Positions 1 to 12,029 of a DNA stretch of 64,000 nucleotides are shown here, piece after piece. The notes beneath the pieces were generated by a model that did not search any database, had not been told where the DNA came from, and saw only the letters and a program-made list of their open reading frames with translations. Numbering within the stretch: the first letter of the stretch is position 1; every line of letters starts with the position of its first letter. The position numbers and the translations under genes were made by a program. The stretch is from NCBI GenBank assembly GCA_964658305.1, contig OZ210885.1, positions 3,968,001 to 4,032,000 on the forward strand, written 5' to 3'. The DNA comes from Leptogorgia sarmentosa (Eukaryota).

Positions 1-596
1 TCCCATCGTACTTCCACTGTCACGTTAGTCGCTGGTACAGCAGGTGCATTTCCTGGTGGTATTGGTAATGGTTGGGCAACAGGCATAGCAGGTACATCTG
101 CTGATGGTAATGGTTGGGAAACAGGAGTCGAGCTTGCTAAAGATTGTGCAGGAGCCACAGCAATTGGAATTAGACTGATCGGAAAAGTGAAAGTGGAACT
201 TGGTATAGACTTCGCTGTCCTCGCGCAAGCTGGAGTCAAATTATCATTTGGAGTGAAATGAGACGGGCCCAAAGTATTACAGCTCAAATCCTCATTAAAG
301 CGTAAAGACCGTTTTGCTGACTCTTTCATCTTCACTGCAAATCCTTTTATCCGAGCTTTTTCTTGATATCCAACTAACAATTTATTACCTGCCTCCTCCA
401 GCTTCTTTTTAAGGTTACTTTGCTGCTTTATTAAATTCAGACATGAACGACAAATATGCCACGAAAGCGGTTGAACAACAAACGAAAGGTTTCCTATTTC
501 GAATCCAGCGTCTATTTCTCGTTTCCCATGCACTAGATTTACATCTCCTTTCTTTTGAATAATCACCTGACAGACAATGCACTCGAGCGCAGCCAT
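1..596 (-). CDS. Partial ORF running off the left edge; N-terminal CxxC...CxxC zinc-binding module followed by a Pro/Ser-rich region (probably TE-derived)
   Basis: Manual translation from ATG at 596: MAALECIVCQVIIQKK...HICRSCLNLIKQQSNLKKKLEE...PVAQPLPIPPGNAPAVPATNVTVEVRW, no stop before position 1. Absent from the ORF track because it has no stop in the window. Confidence 0.45.
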   Translation of the reverse strand, partial: MAALECIVCQVIIQKKGDVNLVHGKREIDAGFEIGNLSFVVQPLSWHICRSCLNLIKQQSNLKKKLEEAGNKLLVGYQEKARIKGFAVKMKESAKRSLRFNEDLSCNTLGPSHFTPNDNLTPACARTAKSIPSSTFTFPISLIPIAVAPAQSLASSTPVSQPLPSADVPAMPVAQPLPIPPGNAPAVPATNVTVEVRW

Positions 597-879
597 GAGC
601 CAATTCATGGGCACATTTACGATATATGATACGATAATTATGATAATTTATGCTATAATTTTGGGGGAAATCCACGTGACCAGAACAAGCATTCGGCCGC
701 CGATTCGCAGTCTCTACGTAAACATTTTCTTTAATTTGATCCGATAATTTGATCCCGTAGTTTCCCCTCCCCCGTTGAGACTGCGCGCAGGCTAGCATGG
801 TGCGGATACGTATCTGGAAAGCATGCAACGTTTGACCACGGTGTTGCACGAATGCGCTTCAACAGGACTGGTCGAACGA

Positions 880-1545
880 GCGGAATTATGCTTTTCTTCC
901 CTTTTGCCTGATAATGCGAAGTTGAGGGCACTAGGGGGAGAGTTGGTGATAGTGACCCGGGTGTGGCCCACACAGGCCTGGTGTCGCAGTTTACTGGACC
1001 TGTCTGCGTCTCTGCCAGTCCTTCTACCTTCGAGCCAGAATCTCTTGCTCGGTCCTCTGGGGCAGTCACATCCCCTGATTGTGAACCAAACACTGTTCCT
1101 CGCCACGTGGTACGTATCAAGCAGTCCTTGCGGTCGGAAGGTATTTGTGCAGACGCTTCCAGGCTCATCTTGGCAGCTTGGCGGCCAGGCACAAATGCAG
1201 TTTATAACTCCACCTGGGAGAAATGGCATGGCTGGTGTCTTGCAAGGAAAAGTGATTCATTTCACCCCGCTTTGGCAGATATAACCCATTTCCTCTCAGA
1301 TTGTTTTAACGAAAGTTTAGAGTATAGAACCTTGAATACGTATCGCTCTGCGCTATCGGGAGTTCTCCCACCCATTGATGGCTTTCCCGTCGGGCAACAT
1401 CCCTTGATCGTTTGTTTGCTAAAGGGTGTCCAGAATCTTCGACCCGCTTTGCCTCGCTATCACTATTCTTGGGATGTGGACATAGCACTGAATTACCTGT
1501 GTTCACTTCCTGGCAATGAAGAGTTGTTGCTTAAATGTCTTACAC
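880..1545 (+). mobile_element. DIRS1-type retrotransposon fragment: end of the RT/RNaseH/MT ORF overlapping the YR N-terminal domain
   Basis: ORF 823-1284 (VWPTQAW...HPL...LATWYVS) overlaps ORF 963-1595 (SLRSEGI...AWRPGTNAVYNSTWEKW...YRTLNTYRSALS...GQHPLIVCLLKG...RP..PRY..SWDV), the typical DIRS overlapping layout. Confidence 0.85.
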
Positions 1546-2544
1546 TCGAAGTGGACCCGGGACCACTTCGGAGATCGAACCTCCAGAAAGTATGAAACAA
1601 ATATGGCTAGTGAACCTCAAGTTGACTGCATAATAAATTGTGTAGCCAATTTTTACAAAGAAGGGAAAGGACGAGAAATCTTTCACAAGAGAAATAAATT
1701 GCGTGACCAGTTGGGCAACGTACTATCACACAAGTAGACAATCACGGTATCCAAAGTCGGAGGGAGCTTTGCTGTTGTCGCAGGTTCCTGTTATGAAACC
1801 TTTACTTGTTGTTAAAATATGCCAAGCTGACAATGATGCGCTGAGAGACTGGGCATCTTCCTATGGTGCTGCCGTTCGACAACGGACTGTGCGCCAAGAG
1901 ACCACCACGGCACGGTACCCTCCCAAAATTTATGTACCAAAGGCAATGTGAAATCTCTGAGAAGTCGGTATCCATAATGACCATAGCCTGTGATAAGCAT
2001 GAAACAGAAATGGAACATGAGTTGGCAGAAGACAAATCGGACGAAAGCAGTGACAAAGAATTGCTTGATGATGCAACAACAACTCATGGAGAGATTGGGT
2101 CATTGGGAGTTCGGTGTCATTCCTACTGGGTACGAGTCTTGTTTTGGCAGAGTTGTGCGCTTCAATAACTGTCTACTTCAGTAACCCAGATAGTGGTTGG
2201 TACCTTAGTATGCCCCATGTTAACGGTAAGTACTGTACGTCCCATTTAACAATTATTCAGAAACGAAAGGATATTATCCCTTTTGGACTTTTGTTGTTGA
2301 GGTTCATATTCAACATAGTTTACAACAACGTTTTTATGTCATTTTCACGCTGTCGTCATCCAAAAGCGCAATCAAACAGTGTGGGGGAATTTCAAATGTC
2401 ACCTCTGTTATTTACAAATATACAAATTTAGGATACTTTTGTCAAACGATATCTCAATGTGGCAGGGTACACTTCTATGAGAGTATGTATAAAGTCTATA
2501 AAGCTACAGGGAAGCATATGATAAAGCAACAGGGAAGCATATGA

Positions 2545-3120
2545 TGCACCTACTAACCCTATTTTTAAGAATCTTAATATTTTAAAATTGAATGATATTT
2601 ATCTTCTTCAATCGGGAATTTTTATGTACAAATATCAAAAAAACCTACTACCTATGAATTTTGCTAATTCATTTTTAAGAACTGACCAAGTACACAATTA
2701 TAATACTCGTGCCTCCAAATTATTCTATCTACCAAGTTGTCGAACTAATATCAGGAAATTTACTGTAAATTATCAGGGTCCTCGCTTTTTCAACTCGATT
2801 GATGCTGATATACGTAATGCCACATCTCTTTCTGTGTTTCGGTTAAAACTAAAAACATATTTAGTTAGTAATTAATATATCTAATTCCCTGAATATATTA
2901 TTATAATATGCCACTCCTGCCTCAATTATTTTCTCTTGATGCTTTTCACTTGATAACGAGGGGCCCAAATTCATTATAAGCATTATGGTTTCATTTTTGG
3001 GCTTCCTCGCCACATACTTTACACATACTATATCTATTGTAAATATTAATACTTAATTTTGTAAAGGTTGTATTGTGTGGCAAAATTTATTAAATTACAA
3101 TTACAAAATTACAAATATAA
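2545..3120 (+). mobile_element. 3' end of an L2/CR1-group LINE (RT C-terminus, 3' UTR, TTACAA-type tail)
   Basis: ORF 2588-2875 ...HNYNTR...LPSCRTNIRKFTVNYQGPRFFNSI...FRLKLKTYL; short TTACAA repeats near 3095-3115. Confidence 0.75.
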
Positions 3121-3659
3121 TTTCAAATGCGTCGGACGGGGTGTCAAATACTTTATGACAGTATGATCATAATGCGGAATTGTGGATTAATGGATTTCGT
3201 CGCTGTGATGCGGTATTTTGCATTTTTCTGTGCAATTTTGTGGTTTCCATACCCCCCTTACGCCCCCCTCTTTAATGTTTGTTTGCAGTGTGATTTGGTT
3301 GAGTAGAACTTCCAGCACAATTCTATTTTGAGCTATTGCTAAAGGTATAGCGCTACTTTCACTAAATTATCTATTAACTCTGAAATGCAAGATTCCCTTG
3401 ATTTGTTCGATGACCAATCCTTAACAATGTCTTCCCACTCCATGTTTACAGCACAAATGTTTAACTGAAATGGTTACACTGTATGCACACACAGATTTTT
3501 TAACGTTTTTTCTGTTGAGCGTTGTCGGGAGTTTGTTTTCCTCTTCAAAGGCATGTTGTCAACTGATAATGCACTCTTAAAACTGCGTGGCTTTATACTC
3601 CAAGTAAATGAAAGATTTCATGAGAACGAAAAGCAAGTGTGGAAGATCACAATGCTGAC

Positions 3660-4240
3660 AAACATGTAAAGTATAGGTTTGAGATAGGTGACCAGGTCAG
3701 AACGTAAGTTCGAAAAAGGCTACTTGCCCTTTTTCTGCAAAGAAATTTTTATGATAAGCAAACAAATACCCCGCGATCCACCTGTATATAAACTCAAAGA
3801 TTATGATAACAAAGAATTGAAAGGAATGTTTTACAATAAAGAATTGCAAAAGGTTATTGAACAGGACGATGTTTATGAAATAGAAAAAGTTTTTGTGATG
3901 CATTCATGTCAGAACGTCTCCTGTTAAGTTCTGTAGATCTTAAAGTTATCATGAGTCGAAATAGCAACGAGTTTTATCTGATGGCTTCTGAGGCTTCTGA
4001 GGACGATGCAGATTACAGAGTGATGCAGATTACAGAGTGAAGCTGATCGACGCCCGACTAAAAGTACGAAAAATTTCCATGTGCCATTGTTGCCAACAGA
4101 TCCTAGCAACGAACTGGGAACGCATTGGGTGGCTTTTTATGTTCCATCTGAACATAAAGGCAAGATGTTTGACAGCTTTGGAAGATCGTTGGAATATTAT
4201 AAGGACACGTTTAAAGACTTTTCAGGTGCATGTATAAAAT
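3660..4240 (+). mobile_element. Internally deleted Polinton/Maverick: integrase C-terminus, major capsid protein fragment and adenain-like protease fragment
   Basis: FEKGYLPFFCKEIF..RDPPVYKLKDYD..LKGMFYNKELQKV..VYEIEKV (integrase tail); FMSERLLLSSVDLKVIMSRNSNEFYLM..YRVKLIDARLKVRK (capsid-like, about 3903-4072); TDPSNELGTHWVAFY..FDSFG (protease His/Asp region, about 4095-4185). Confidence 0.75.
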
Positions 4241-4429
4241 AATTAGACTAGTAAAAAATGTATCTTGTAATCTTTTTGTTTTATAAATAAATGCTCTATG
4301 AAAATCAGCTGATTGTTATTATTTTGTGTCACCCCGCCTTCCTTGTAAAAAATAACAACAAAAGAACGGAAATTAAAATCTCAATTTTATTCAACATTCT
4401 TAAATATCATCGTACATATTATTCCTCAT

Positions 4430-5161
4430 ATTAATACTTAAGCCAGCGTTCTGGAGTTTGTTCTTTTGGGCTTGCGGCTTTATGTCTCTTTACCAGTGTT
4501 TGGAAATACTTTGAAGGAGTTGTAATTTGAGGACTGCTGTTGGTAACATGTTCCCCCTGTGGGCTGTCAATTTGTACCTCGTTCCATCTGTTTTCATTTC
4601 AGACCAGCTCCCGAGGCATATTAATTTTTGCTAATGCACAAAAAATTACCTTGACCCAGCAGGATTAAAAATCTTTCTTCCTTTAACAGCATCGCTGATC
4701 AAATCGGTAATATTAGATAGAGATAATATAGATAACACTTTTTCCCTCCAGGCTGACTCTGCCCGCTTGATCCCAAGAAATAACATCTGGTTTTGCCATT
4801 AAACCATTTAAAAGTGCGACTGCTCTCGACCGGTTTGTTTTCGGAATACTCTCGACGATGACCGCATCAGAAAGTTGTGTTTTTTCTTCTGGAGAAACCG
4901 GCTCCTTGTCTTCAATCTCGCTATCAGGCACCAACCGTGGGGGTTGTGCTGTCTTTTTGACGTTTCAAATTTAAGTATCGTTCTAATAAAAGAGCTGTTA
5001 ACAAATTGCCACCACCTTTTTGTTGAGTCAGTAAGCGGCGTTTCTTTATGCGCTAGGTCTTTTTGTTTGCCAGACCTCTGAGGTGTTTCTTGTACCGCGA
5101 CAAACATTGTTTCTGCCTTATTGTCAAGGACACCGTCCCTTTTAACACGTTGCAACAGCAT
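4430..5161 (-). pseudogene. Conserved uncharacterised Polinton/Maverick protein, frameshifted
   Basis: IVESIPKTNRSRAVALLNGL..PDVISWDQAGRVSLEG...NITDLISDAVKRKKDFNPAG..ALAKINMPRELV matches a motif string I recall from Maverick accessory ORFs; lies next to the Polinton fragments. Confidence 0.55.
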
Positions 5162-5978
5162 TCACAAAAGGCCTACTCTGGGCTCTAAACTCGCCGCAAG
5201 TTTAGGCAGGTAAAAGCGAGTTAAGGGAAAATCATGCTATGTAGCTGGTGCGAGTTTGGGCGAGTTTAGGCAAGTTAAGGAAATTTTAATTTTTTATTGT
5301 TGTATTGTAAGGCTAATTTTTGCAAATAAAATGTCATTTAGAAATAGTGCTGTCCATTGCCTCCAATATTAATAATTAGTAAGAATTAATAAGACAAAGA
5401 ACATTTTGTACAGGTTTGGAAACATTTGGCAGCAAGTGAAGCTATTAAATTCTGCCTAGTAGGTTGTTGGCAAGCAAACCATATTCATCTGCCAACACCA
5501 TACAATTTAATACGTTTTATTAAAACCAAATTATTTGCAACAATACTGTAGCTTTTACTAATAAGCTATTCTTAACTCGCAACCAACCTCTACGCTGTTG
5601 TCTGAACTGATACACCTTCTTTTGGACTCAACGTCCAACTAGTGAACGGGTCACGAATTCTGAATTTAAAATGTTTCTAAAAGTGAAATTAATCAAAAGT
5701 GATTTATATCATACCTTTATCATATTTTTAGACCTTTATAGCCTTTTCTTTCGATCCACATTTAGGTCAATTTGTAAATAAATACATGTGCTGGACGAAT
5801 CCTCGACAACTTGTTGTATATCAAATAAATCAAATTAATTTTAAAAAATAAAACCATCATGATAGCTCATTGAGTACATTGCACCTATAAATTGCAGTTA
5901 CAGGAAATGAAGTACTTCATATAAACACGTAGCAAACAAGTGTAACCAATGGTTGCATAATTTATTTTAATTTGTATA

Positions 5979-6295
5979 TAGGAAATTACACGGTTCGAGA
6001 AGTATTAATGAAAAATTGCACATGTTCGAGCAAAATATTTCGCCAAACACAAGTGCAATTTTTCATTAATGCTTCGAGAGTGTTAATTTCGCCAAACACA
6101 AGTTAATTTCGTATTAATATCACACGTTCACTAACCTTTTTTGTCCAAAGTTGACAATAAATGATAAAAAAAACAAGAATTTTAGCATTGAATTAAGCGT
6201 TTATTTATTTGTTTTTATAATGTATCGCGGGCTCGAAACTGTGCAATTAAGTTTAATTTGCACACTGTGCAAATTAAAGTTTAATTTGCACAGTT
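5979..6295. repeat. Hairpin-rich non-autonomous element end (Crypton-like)
   Basis: Inverted arms ATTAATGAAAAATTGCAC / GTGCAATTTTTCATTAAT (about 6004-6070) and repeated TGTGCAA..TTTGCACA palindromes at 6240-6292. Confidence 0.45.
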
Positions 6296-7211
6296 GTTGA
6301 AGCTTTTCAGCCAATCCGCGTCCAGGAAATTGACAACAATGATATTATGTTCATAATGGCACGTTCGAGTTCGGATGATTCTGATCAAAGCCAGAAAAAT
6401 AGTAATAGGAAAAGCCCAAGAACGTCTTTTAAAGACAAACAAAAACATCGGAAAAGGTCGAGAAGTCGTTCAAAATCCGAATACCTGTATCTAGACCTGT
6501 TTTCTACTTCAAGCCCCCGACATGCCAATAAAGGTAGTATTTTCACTATTTTGTTAAAACTCATTATTTGATTTCATTAATTCAATTTCACATAGACTTC
6601 AGTGTAACTTGTCTTAAAGAAATCTCGTTTTAACCCCCCCCCCCCCCTGTATATTGTTATTTGTAGAACAAGTGTTGCCATTATTGCATCACAAAGTTAG
6701 CCAATTATGTATAAAATAGTTGCCAATAGGCAACTTGACATACGTTGTATATGTTAAAGGTTGATAGGCACCAATCCAACATGAACATAGTATGCTACAT
6801 AAATGATTTTCATGCATAAAATAAGACCGGGAATTGAATTAATTTTTAACAATTGCATTACCTTTGAGGTGCATCAACTTTCATTTTTCAAAATTTTCTA
6901 ATTGTTATTGATTATAATGAAACATTTAGTTTTAGTATTTACAACTAGCTTGAGATGCTTTCGAAATTAGACCAGGCTTGCAACTGCAGAATGTGAACTT
7001 TGTTAATAAGCAAACAATCAATATTCTTTAATATAGTACTCAAAGCATGCTCTTAATGAGGTTGCTTCTGTTTTAATATAATGGCTTTGTGCACAAGCTC
7101 AGGTGTTCATTCATTGATAAAAACTATTGCCACATTAATTATGCCATGGTGTTTGAAAACTTGTCATAAGTAATAACAGTTAAAAGCGAGTTATTGTAAG
7201 TTAAGGCAAGT

Positions 7212-7908
7212 TTGGGCGAAAATGTGCCCATATTAAAAAAGGATCGCATTGCCGTAAAGGTTTTGTACTTGCGGCAAAACAATATAACAAAATTGGATAG
7301 CAAGATTATGGCAGCATATCCAAACTTGAGGTTGATCGACGTGCACGAAAATCCGCATGTTTGCGGTGGCATATTCATAAGCGTAACGGTAAAGAGCAAT
7401 TACAGAATAAGGACAAACATATACCTTTCCCCCCTCGAGAACCCCATCGCCGTCCAAACATTCGACCACCCCTGCACCTACAATTCAAAGTACTCCTTGA
7501 CCCTCGTCCGCCAAAACTCCCAACCAAACAGTACCATTGCCCTCCTGCCACCCAAGTACTCATATTCCTCCCAAACCTCACACCCGACCAGTCCACAACA
7601 CCCAAAGTTAAATACTCCCCCCACCCTCAAAATTCAGCTCAAGCCCAACCTCCCTCCCTTCATCCTCGCCCATAGCATTCAAAAACCCTCTATTAGAACA
7701 CCGAAGAAGCTCCCCACAACTTGCAGTATACCTAACCACAGCAATTGCGACATTGTTCTTTCTAATTTTTTGTGTAAAATGCAAGCTGTATGCGCGTTGT
7801 CGCCGGCGGGCCCAGGAAACAGAAAACATAGTAATGGCATCAGTGGGGAACATTACTAGAAACTCATCCGACTCTAGTATCGAAGTGTACAGTGTCAAAA
7901 GCATGTAA
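7212..7908 (+). pseudogene. Small LRR / Pro-Ser-Thr stalk / transmembrane (type I membrane) protein, frameshifted
   Basis: LRR motifs VKVLYLRQNNITKL and LRLIDVHENPHVC in ORF 7212-7859. After a frameshift (about 7610-7700) the frame reads LAVYLTTAIATLFFLIFCV-KCKLYARCRRR...IEVYSVKSM*, stop at 7906-7908. Confidence 0.5.
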
Positions 7909-8303
7909 TGACAATGGGTATGTTGACATTTCAAGTTTTCGCACAATCTTGCAATGCATTGTGGGATTGCCAGGGGGCAAACAAACATTGTTGTATACTG
8001 CAAAATATATGAATATTCATATACTCAACGTTTTGGAGCGAAATTTTCTTTAAAACCGCATTAATGTTTAAAATATGTCTTGTGCTCCGGCTAGCAGATG
8101 TGAAGTAGATGTCCGTGGGGATGGAAATGGTTTTTGTTGAGCTACAATATGGCACTCGCTGTTGATGGCAAAACTGACAAAGCTTACCCAGTGTTTAGAG
8201 CCATGTGTAATGAAATGATAGCGGAGTACCACCCAGCCTGTTTTTGAGGCTTATTTGCTCAGCACTAAATTCCAAGAGTTCCAGGGACGGTTCACCTACT
8301 TGA

Positions 8304-11300
8304 CAGGGCCGGATTAACCCTATGGCAGAAAGGGCGTCTGCCCACGGGCCCCACGCTTTGGGGGCCCCGTGTTTTACTCAGTTCTAATTTTTTTCAGCGC
8401 TTGGGTAGACATAAAAGGGCCAAAAAAGCCGGCAACTCCACAAAAGTAAAACAACATTACTCTGAAGAGCCCCATAGATCAGACCAAATAAATAAAAAAA
8501 ACGTGAGGCCTTGCAAATCAAAAGGCGAGGCCCAATTCGCCCAAAGTCAAAATGGCACCTTTTTGGCTTAAATCAGATACAGCTTCCCCCAAGAAAGTCA
8601 CACTTCAGGAGTTCAGGGTGGTCGATAAGTTTAGAAATTAAATCGTAGAAGACGACAGAGTTTTGCAGTTTCTTTAAGCCTGAAGCAATCATTCAACAAT
8701 CATTCAAGTAGGCAGGTACGTCTTTTATTTTTAGTCTTTATTCAGGTGCAGGCCCTTAGAATTATTACTCCTGTACTATTTTAATTTTTAAGCCTGTCAT
8801 TATTATCATTATTCTTAAAGATGACTAATTGTGTGTTTGTGTCACAGAGCCAGGTGTCATTTGACGTCTCATTTTACAAATAACAAGTATAACAAACGTA
8901 TTTCTTACTGACAGTCTATGACTAGTCGAGAACTAAAACGCTCTCTTTAAGGTTGGAAAAGAACTAAACCTAGGACCTAGGTATGTTTTAATTATCATTT
9001 TGAAATTTGAACTAATGTTAGAGTTTATCATGTAACTATCAAGTATAAATCAAAATTTTCGCTGGCGCATTTTCGAACAAAGCGCTAATGCATATAAATA
9101 TGTATGAACTTTGACGATGCAAATAGTGCTAATTATTGATATAAAGCAGCATAGAAAACATATTTATACCAGATTTTTTTAATGTTTACTTGTTTAGGTT
9201 CGCTGCAGACGAGTTATATGCTCTATGAGCTCCAAAGGTGGATGTGGTGGTGGCCGCGACAGCGATAAAAATCGCAAGTATGACTCTGGAGCGGCAAGAC
9301 ACAAGGCAAAAGAAGAATGTGTTGCGCGAGAAAGTAAAGTTTTGAGTAAAGTCCCTAAGATATCCACACTGTTCTCCCCAAAGACCAGCGGTGGCAATAT
9401 TGGTGGCAATGCAACTGGTTCCAGCGTACAGGCCCTTACGGATTCGCAATCCGTTTGCGATCCTGTCGAGTCGGCCATTAATAATGCGGGCACGATTGCA
9501 ACAATAGTGACAGATTCTGTGCCTGAGCAATCTGACGAAATGTTAACTGTTACATCTGACCTTTCTGGCGATCCATCTAGCAATGCCTATTCCTGTGATT
9601 TAGGGATGTGACCTCCCAATATCTCGGACAGTATGAGAGAATACCGGGTAGCAAAAGGAAGTAGCGAATGTAGAAATTTGGATGCAGATTTGAGCACCTC
9701 TTCCAGCAAATTTGAGGGAGAACCTTACAAACGCCAGAGCCAGGAAACATGCATCAAATAAAATCCCATGCCACGAAAAAAGTGCATTGCACCGAGAGGC
9801 AATGATTCAGCTGCTCCAACGCAGTGATGCTGGCTGCCGTGTTGATGCACAACTGTTAAACCAGGTCAATGCAGAACGCGATTATTGGCGTGCTGTACTT
9901 CAACGAATAGTAGCAACTATCCGTTACCTATCTGAACACGGTCTACCATTTCGTGGCTCAAATGAAACCATCGGATCACCCAGGAGTGGTAACTACTTGG
10001 GTACATTGGAACTGCTGGCCATGTTTGATCCATTTCTTGCGGAACACATCAAACGTAACGCAAACAAGGGACGGGGTCACACTTCATATCTATCAAAGAC
10101 AATTTGCGATGAATTTGTCGATTTGTTAGCAAATCGCATAAGGGAGTATATCATTACGGAGGTGAAGTCCGCCAAGTATTACTCAGTTTCTGTGGACTCG
10201 ACCCCTGATATTTCCCATGTTGACCAACTCACCTGCATTCTTCGGTATGTTTTGCCATCAGGACCTGTCGAACGATTTGTAACGTTTCTTAACATGCAAG
10301 GTCACACTGGAAAACAACTAGCAGAAAGCTTGCTCGAATTTTTGAAAGCCTATGACATCGCTATTGCCGCAGTCAGTCTTACGATAATGTGAGTAATACG
10401 AGCGGAAAATATAATGGCATGCAGGCTATTATTCGGCAAAATTGCAATCTGGCTGAGTATGTTCCCTGCGCCGCACATTCCCTCAATCTAGTTGGGTAGG
10501 CTGCAATAGGTTGTTGCACGCTGGCCATTCAATTCTTTAGGTTCCTCAAAGGACTATACTCCTTTTTTTCTGCTTCAACTCATCGTTGGAAAGTCTTGAT
10601 GGATCAGTTGTCAAGTGAGGGCCTGCCAACAGTTAAACGGATGTCAGATACGCGCTGGTCAAGGGCTATAATGAAATTAACGACGCATTGGTAGAAATCG
10701 CCGACGACGAAGAAGAGAAAGGCGAAACCCGAGAAGAAGCCCGTGGACTTGCACTCAAAATGAACCAGCTCGAAACTGGAATTCTTGCAGCTCTTTGGCA
10801 TCACATCCTGCATCGTTTTCACGCGAACAGTCAAGCACTGCAATCAGCCGACCAAGATCTCAACTCTGCAGTTGCAATCTATGAATCACTCATGGATTTT
10901 ATCGGTACACAGCGTGCAAAATCTCAAGAGTTTGTGGCTGAGGGAAGGAAGCTCAGTCAATGTGACCAGTACGTTGGCGAAGAGAAACGAGTGCGTAAGA
11001 GAAATCGCCGTTACGACGAGCCAGAATCAGCGCCAGAAGTGTTGCAGACCCCTGCCAATAAATTTCGTACGGATACGTTCCTTGTCATAATCGACAGAAT
11101 TGACGCTGAGTTGCGGAAACGACTGGGCGCATACACAAGAATTGCTGCAAAGTTTGGCTTTCTACGAAAGCTCAAAGATCTTTCAGTCGAAGAAGTGGTC
11201 GAAAGTGCGAAGATTCTCCAAGAGGCATACCCGACAGAAGCCAGCTTGTCTGATGAATTAGTACAGTTTTCTGGTTTTCTCCGCACAAATTTTGTTATGA

Positions 11301-12020
11301 AATCATTGGATGTAACTACTGCTTCTGCGACTTCTAATTCACTAGCTATGGACGACACATCTTCTGATGAATCTGATGACAAAGACGACTTAACGAAAGA
11401 TGACAATGACGTCACATTGAACGTAGATTCATTGGAATTGCGCATGTACAGGCTTATTCTGGAGAACAATCTGGAAACTGTATTTCCGAACTATGTAATA
11501 GCATTGCGAATCTACCTAAGCCTTATGATCTCGAACTGTTCTGGAGAACGGTCTTTTTCTAAACTTAAGCTGATTAAGAATCAGCTCCGATCATGCATGA
11601 TGCAAAAGCGCCTGAACAGCCTTGTTCTTCTTAGCATTGAGAATGATCTCCTGCGCAGCATTGACATGTGTCGATTATTAACGAATTTGCTCTTAAAAAA
11701 TCGCGTAAGCAGAACGTTTAGAAATCCTCCACAAAATGAGATGAAAAGATATGTTAAATGACTTACACGTACGTTTTAAATACCGAACATCGCCACATCG
11801 GAACATGTATATGAAATTTATGGATGTTTACTTGGTTGACCATGTTTAACTTTCTATTAAGTAATCCAATAATTATGAAATTATTGTTATTGCATGCTAT
11901 AAGATGGATTCGATGACAGTTCACATTGATGTAGTGATATATATATGTTATCGTTTTTGGTTTAATATACAGGCAATATTTCACATCATGGCATACATAT
12001 TGTTACTTTTTAATATTTCT
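8304..12020 (+). mobile_element. hAT DNA transposon (ZMYM1/DUF4371-type), left TIR present, right end lost
   Basis: Left TIR CAGGGCCGGATTA at 8304, same family as 24368-29033. The sequence switches to Ngaro gag at about 12030 with no right TIR. Confidence 0.85.
9225..11761 (+). pseudogene. hAT transposase, multiple frameshifts and stops
   Basis: GLPFRG..GNYLGTLELL..YLSKTICDE..YYSVSVDSTPDISHVDQL; CAAHSLNL; DTRW; C-terminal SNCSGERSFSKLKLIKNQLRS.M.QKRLNSL dimerisation domain. Confidence 0.9.
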
Positions 12021-12029
12021 GATCTCACA

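Noticed and set aside
1550..2200. Possible transposase C-terminal fragment (AVRQRTVRQETT..GTLP)
   Set aside because: Looks like decayed coding sequence but is too short and broken for me to assign a family.
6347..6571. SR-like host protein
   Set aside because: Short low-complexity ORF with no domain and no supportable downstream exons.
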